Positions 58,122 to 64,000 of a stretch of DNA of 64,000 bases are shown one piece after another (within the stretch, counting starts at the first letter, position 1; each line of letters starts with the position of its first letter). Under the pieces are notes generated by a model that was given only the letters and a program-made list of their open reading frames with translations, had not been told where the DNA came from and searched no databases. Source of the stretch: Amoebophrya sp. A120 (taxonomy: Eukaryota; Protista; Dinoflagellata). The stretch covers positions 8,306,515-8,370,514 of the forward strand of contig CAJINV010000005.1 in NCBI GenBank assembly GCA_905178155.1, in the 5' to 3' direction. Both the position numbers and the translations under genes were made by a program.

Positions 58122-61100
58122 ATGGCCACCTCCCGTACCCGCCCCCCCTCCGATCGGGAATTGGACCAGACTTTCGCCAAACTTGCTGACCAAATCCGGG
58201 CCCAACTTGAGGTGTTCGTGGACCCTAGCAAAACGAGTGCTGGGGGTAAGTCCGTCGTTTTCGGGAAGATCGGAGGGAGCAGGAATCAGACAGCTGGAAG
58301 GACTTTCTCATCGAGGAGCGCACTATCAAATGCAAATATGTCTGGGTCTGGGAGTGGGAGACTGCTAATTTGTCGTGCTTGTCTCGCATGATTCTCAAAT
58401 CTGTGATGCAGGAGGAACAGAGGAAAACCACTTTGCCTGTCATGCAAAAGCGCAGTGTGCCATGCGGAATGCGCAACACATAGTGGCTGCAAAACTTGTC
58501 ATGCTCGGCTGCGTACTGCAGTGCGCCCATCACTGGCGGACTTGCATTACAAGTTTCCAGGCCCAGACATATTTGCAAGGCATACGCACACGTCCAACAC
58601 CATTTCCCCAAGCCCCAGCTGTACCGCTGCTCGAACACCGACCGCAACCAGCATCACAGACTGTCGAAATATGGAAGTGCACAGCTGTAGTAAGTACCTC
58701 TCGTGGTCCCCAGGTCTCATTTGTAAGTTTGTAGTTTTGTGATGCAAAAATACCAGAATCCCAGACCAGTCGTGTCTTCTCGACGTATGCCACTGTTAAT
58801 GAAGAACTCAACGGACACAGCACTACAACGATCCGAGCAGGAACCAAGATTTCTCTCTATGAACGTTGCAGAAGCCGCTTGGTTCTTTCTTCTCGCTGTA
58901 GCAGCCTTTGCTTTATCGATGCCCTTTATTTTTCGATACGGGAAATTTATTTTTGGCGGGAGGTGGTGTGCACTCTCATACGAAAGCGTTGAACGCTTGG
59001 CTCGACAAATTTTACCACGATGTGTTCTCTGAAGACGAACGGGCAATCTGGGCCTACTATCAAGTGCAAAACTGTCTGGGTCTGGAAACTTGTGATGCAA
59101 AAAGTGAATGGTAGACGGACTGCAATACGCAGCTATTCATGACAAATTTTTTGGCTCCCATGTCTTACGTATTCCGCACGACAAACTGCGTTTCTGCATG
59201 ACAGGTAAGAGGGCCTTTTCGTGCCTGTGCAACACAGATTCTCGAGTCATGCTAGACACGCATGACAAACTTGCACTCTTCCAGACCCAGACATTTTTAC
59301 ACTTGATACCTACACCGAAGAATTCAATCTTCCATCTTCCACTACCGCATCACAACTGTACCGCGCAAAAGAAGCAACGGTGGAGGCGAACAGGAATAGT
59401 GTGAAATCGCTCCGGAACGCCCATGCGGCGGCGCTGTTGCTGGGGTTGATCGATGTGGACGTGCCGTTGCTGGACCGCTTCAATTATGAACTGCAAAAGT
59501 ATCGTACTCGTATAAATGCATTACAAATTTCCTCAGCATGACAAATAAAGTTTGTAATGCGGATTTCCCTTAAGAAAAAAATTTGTATGCAAGGCGTTGG
59601 GTTACCCGGTCGGCAGAGCCGATCCACAACGAGCGAATGACTGCAATACGAGTGCGATGCTTTTGCACACGATATCAAAAAGCCGCCCCACCTCGGGCCG
59701 TTGCGACCGTTGCCGAGCGGGTTTGTGCTGCGAGTGCGACATCTGAAACTGCAAGCCAGGACCAATGCGCTGTCGGGGTTTGAGTTCGGGGGAACCTGTG
59801 GTACAACTACGGGGGCGATGTTTGCGCCGCAGACAAGAAGTGGTAGTTGTACAACTTCTAGGGGAATGAACAACTTCTACAATAAAGCGATCGTTTGTGG
59901 CAGACATCAAAATCTCCTGCCAGATAACTTTCTCCTCTTCGACAACAAAAATTCCTCCAGCAGCACACGAGTCCACTACCTGGAGCACTTATTGCACGAA
60001 ACTCGGGACAAATTTTCTAAAACCGCGGACGAGCGGCGTAAGCTGATGCGGAAAATTGAAGTTTTGCAGGAAGACAACCGGCGGCTGCGGACGAAAATGG
60101 TCACGAAGGTGAATTCAGCGGCGAGTCTGGAGTATGAAATGCAAATATGTCTGGGTTTGGAAGATTAAAACTTGTCATGCTAAATCTGAATGATGCAAAA
60201 ATCTGTGTTGCGTGACTACCAAAAGCTGTCCCCTTTTGACCAAATTGAGTTGGAGTTTCTCATGCAGGAAAGGCATGATAAAGACCTAAAAGAATCTGTC
60301 ATGCTAGTTCTCGCATTTCGATTTCAGACCTCATGGCTCATGCAAAACGTGCATGACAAGTCGCAGCATACTCCAGACCCAGACATTTTTGCATTTGATA
60401 TGGAGAATACTACAACTGCCGTGGTCGCGAATGCGAAGCAGGAAACGCAATTTCATTTGAACCGTGTTGAGGCTCATTCTGGAAACAAGGAAAACTTGGA
60501 AACCACCTTTGACGAGGTTTTGTCGCATCTGGAACCGAACTGGAACCACGCGAATGATAACAATAACACCAGAGCAGGACCACTTTCCTCTGTCCGTCGG
60601 AACTCCACCCGGGTGCTTGAATATGACGATCCAGGAACAAGAACAATCTACGGCAAAAACATGGGCAACACCTATCCTGTGCAAAAGTATCGTACTCGTA
60701 GTAATCGCAGGCATGCATTACAAATTTTTTTCCTAAGGTCAATCAGCATTACAAATTCCATTTCTCATGCGGAGAAAATTTGTAATGCAATTCATACTAG
60801 AACTAGTGCGATACTTTTGCAATGCATAACACAAGCACAGCAACGAAGCCGAATTTTTCCGCTTTGTCGCACGACCATCACAAGTTTTCTGTGGAACAAG
60901 GTGACGAACAAATACAGTTGCAAACGCTGACGGATTTCAGTACTGGGGAGATCATACGGAAGAACAACGCCAACTCACAGCAACTCCTGCGAGATGAAAA
61001 TTGTTCTCGCGATGAACAGACCTCCGCAATGTTGACCGCTCATGATTTCCAGCTCCAGTCTCGTTTCGCGGAGAACGAACGGATTTTGGAAACGGAAGCA

Positions 61101-62430
61101 GAGTTTGTTCGGAGCCGGGGTTTGCGCGGAATGCCAGTGCCGAAAGCGGATTTGGTAGATGGGACGGATAGTAGTTGTGAGAATTCAAAGATCGAGGTAG
61201 AAGCAGAACAAAAAGTAGACCACGACTCGCCCGAGAAGATTGAAACGTACTTGAACGGAAAATTGCCTACGCATTGCAAATATGTAGTCTGGGTCTGGAA
61301 CGAAGGAAGGATGACACTTGTGATGCTGCATTTGGATTCTACAAAAATCTGTATTGCATGAACCACAAGAGAGATCCAATTTTTGCTACAGCGAGAAGGT
61401 ACTTAATTCTCATGCAGTATAGGCATCCGGAATCCCTCGCAAAATCTGTGATGCAAGGGCATGCATCGCAAGACATCAGGAGTCCTGCAAAATGCGCATG
61501 ACAAGCCTTGCATCTTTCCACACCCAGACACATTTGCGATTCATATTGCCGGAGTGTTTGCTAAACGAAACCATGACCACAACTTCGGGAGTACAACCAG
61601 GTATATCCCACGAAAAAACTGTTTCACTGTGAACTTGCGATGCATAGAATGGAGCACAGAACTATCTGTCTTGCTACACCTGCAAGACCTTGACTCTTTA
61701 GTGGTGTTTAGTTCCCCTTGAAAGCGCGCATGGCACATTTTCCGTGTCATGTGTAACAAACTTGTGATGCAGATCTTGCAAAATCATCACAGTGAAACAG
61801 TTTTTTCGTGGGATAAGCAAGTTCTAGTTTTTATTCCGGAGTAGAACACACGACCGGTCAGCCGGCGATCATGCTGGGAGCAACCTTCACCAGCTATCGC
61901 AGGAAAAAAGTGTTACAGTTACACATTGTGTTGCAAGCCCAGCATGACAGACAGCCTCTGTCATGCCGGATAAACCTAGAAGCCTTGTTTCATACGTGTT
62001 TTCCCGTAGGATTTCTGCACTGCAAGTTTTCTCTCTAATGCAGAGAAATTTGTGTTGCTGCATTGACAACAAATGTGTAACTGTATCACTTTTTTCTTGG
62101 GATACCTGCGCAGCTACAGGTACTAGTAGTTCTACTACAGGAGTAGACCGGTTGGCTCTGAGCACCACAATCGGGGCGGGGAATATGGAAACGTATTTGA
62201 ACGGACGGCTGCCGGATGTGTTGTTGTTGTCCAACGCGAACAATAAACAGGCTGCTGCAGCTCCTGCTGCCTCCCAACACAGGCGGGAACAACTACACGA
62301 TGATATAGTAAACACGGAGGAACAGATTGTGTCAAGTCCGAAAAATAAACCCGTTCGTACCGCAGAGGACAAATTTGCTTCGTACTTGACCAAATTTACA
62401 ATGGAAACCACGGAACTGCTGAAGCGGTAA
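58122..62430 (+). CDS. Gene 7, unknown protein with a coiled-coil segment; 9 TIR introns
   Basis: Elements at 58324-58584, 58670-58980, 59058-59308, 59485-59674, 60133-60400, 60673-60828, 61268-61545, 61604-61815, 61895-62104. Frame open from MATSRTRPP to ..TELLKR*. Internal repeat ETYLNGKLPECLL / ETYLNGRLPDVLL. GTAAGT at 62427 may be a donor to further exons. Confidence 0.82.
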
Positions 62431-64000
62431 GTGGGTGGAGATTTACTTGGGTAGTAATCGGGAAAAAAAAATTTTGCGCTTCTTCGTTTTCCGGGGTGAT
62501 TTTTCGATAAACTATCAGTTCGAGTTCGTCGTTTCAGTTTTATTTCACCGCACGAGAGTTTCGTTATCAGCCTCTGTTTATGCCGCGTTGTGTTCGTCGT
62601 TGCAGACTTTGATTTCTGTCAACGCCGGCGGGTCTTGCGCAAGAACTAAGATGATTTCACAACTTGGTCGTGCCGAAAGTAATGTTTCAGTTTCAAAATG
62701 TAAGCACAGCTGCAGGATGAATGTTTCCGCCTCATCGCGAAGAGGAGGATGGCAAGAACGTGCTGCGCAACTTGCCGCGCCTTTGTGGAGAAATAGATCA
62801 AGCAGGAGAAAGATTTGAGTATGCATTTTTTGTACGCGAAGCGAACGACTTGATCTTGAAGCCGTTGTCGTTCTTGACTTTGAATTTGAAACACCAAAGA
62901 CGAAGGAGTGCAGCACATCTACTTACTGTGTGGGGCTCGAGAAGTGGCTTCTGCACCAGCGAAACAGTCATGTTCAATAAAATGCAAGTATACTACAACA
63001 CGGAAGATAATGAACATCAGGAAGTTGCTGTGATACGACTCGCGCAAGGAAAACAAGATCCTGAATCCACCGCTATAGAAAAGAGCGCGCAGTGATTGTC
63101 ATTGTGATTGACCTGTTTGTTTGCTAGAGGCTTTTTGTTGATGTTGCTCCTTTTAGTCCGAGACGAACAATATTAAAGCGAGATGAAGCAGCGAACGACA
63201 ACCACTGTAGAGACGTTTTTTACGCTGTCGAGAACGAAGTTGTACATTTAAAGCTGTGATTAACGTTCTGGCTTCTATTTTCTACGTGTGATAATTCTTC
63301 TATTCAAGAGACGAGTTGCGTGATTGACTCTTTTGCTCAAGGACCTCCTTTTTGACAAACATAAGCATAAATCAGTAGTATAGTCTTACATCATCCTATC
63401 ACGGCAACTGATCTCATCTCTTTTGCTAGGTAAAACTCATATTTAAAGTCTGAATTCAAATCGAAACGAAAAACTTCTGCCAACATTTTTTTCTTTTTAA
63501 CATTCATAGGATTGCACAAACCACTTAGCCGGTGGTTGCAAGCACATAGATGTACGTAGTCGGGTGAAAAGCCATTGCCAATTTTAAGTCGTTTTTTTCA
63601 TATAGGTTTACATCGCGACTACATCTGCTTTTTTTGAAACGTGCTGGCAAATTATGCACTACCTTCACGGGCAGCAGCTTCTCTTCCTTCCCACGACATC
63701 AAGCCGGAGGGGAACAACTGTCTCGACGTTGTGCGACGCTTGTCCGACGTGCCGCTCGATGCAGAACGGCCTGTCGTGCTTCGTAGCAGTGTCAGGAGGG
63801 CTTCTTCTTGTCACAAACAATAGCGAAGGACAGTAAAACCGACAAAATGGTGGTCGATTATTTTCTGTGTGGTGAGCAGAAGGGCAACAACGTCGGCTGC
63901 ACCAACTGCCGTGGAGATGAAGGACCATTTGACTTTCTTCACATGTGTTCCTGGGACAAGGCTTCTTCGATAGGCGGGCATGAAGTAGATCATGACGCAG

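Noticed and set aside
255-61545. Repeat/unique alternation resembling a CRISPR array or integron cassette array
   Set aside because: The repeats are 120-330 bp TIR elements, the spacers are in-frame exons of variable length, and no cas or integrase genes are present.
74-62104. Many short ORFs with recurrent peptides (MSGSGR, CKNVWVWK, FQTQT, KNPPSPY, KNVPTP)
   Set aside because: They are translations of introner TIRs in various frames, not a protein family.
5-62104. Ciliate-type TA-bounded internal eliminated sequences (IES)
   Set aside because: TA-IES excision leaves one TA and has no 5-bp flanking duplication. Here both TA ends and one 5-bp copy must go, and the 5'/3' asymmetry follows transcript direction. 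DNA-level excision is not formally excluded.
62721-63095. 124-aa ORF after gene 7
   Set aside because: I could not join it in frame to gene 7 or recognise a domain, so it is left uncalled.

Overview
Eukaryotic DNA, most likely from the parasitic dinoflagellate Amoebophrya (inferred from intron architecture). The window holds seven protein-coding genes, all on the + strand, interrupted by 97 short elements with terminal inverted repeats (TIRs). These fall into about 14 TIR families and are mostly 120-330 bp. Each begins TA(T), usually ends ATA, and is flanked by a 5-bp target-site duplication (TSD). Removing an element plus one TSD copy restores the reading frame at essentially every junction I translated by hand, rebuilding a WW domain, a DnaJ HPD domain and an MDM2-type RING, although the borders are not GT-AG. 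They are therefore non-canonical introner (MITE-like) introns. Further observations: (1) copies lie in both orientations; (2) the 5' TA is invariant while the 3' ATA decays; (3) all families share an internal GCATNACA motif; (4) two related poly(A)-tailed retro-inserts have landed inside introners at the same AAATCYGCRT motif; (5) a Helentron-like insert sits in a third introner; (6) tandem paralogues differ reciprocally in intron content. All coordinates and counts were read by hand; no searches or alignments were run.
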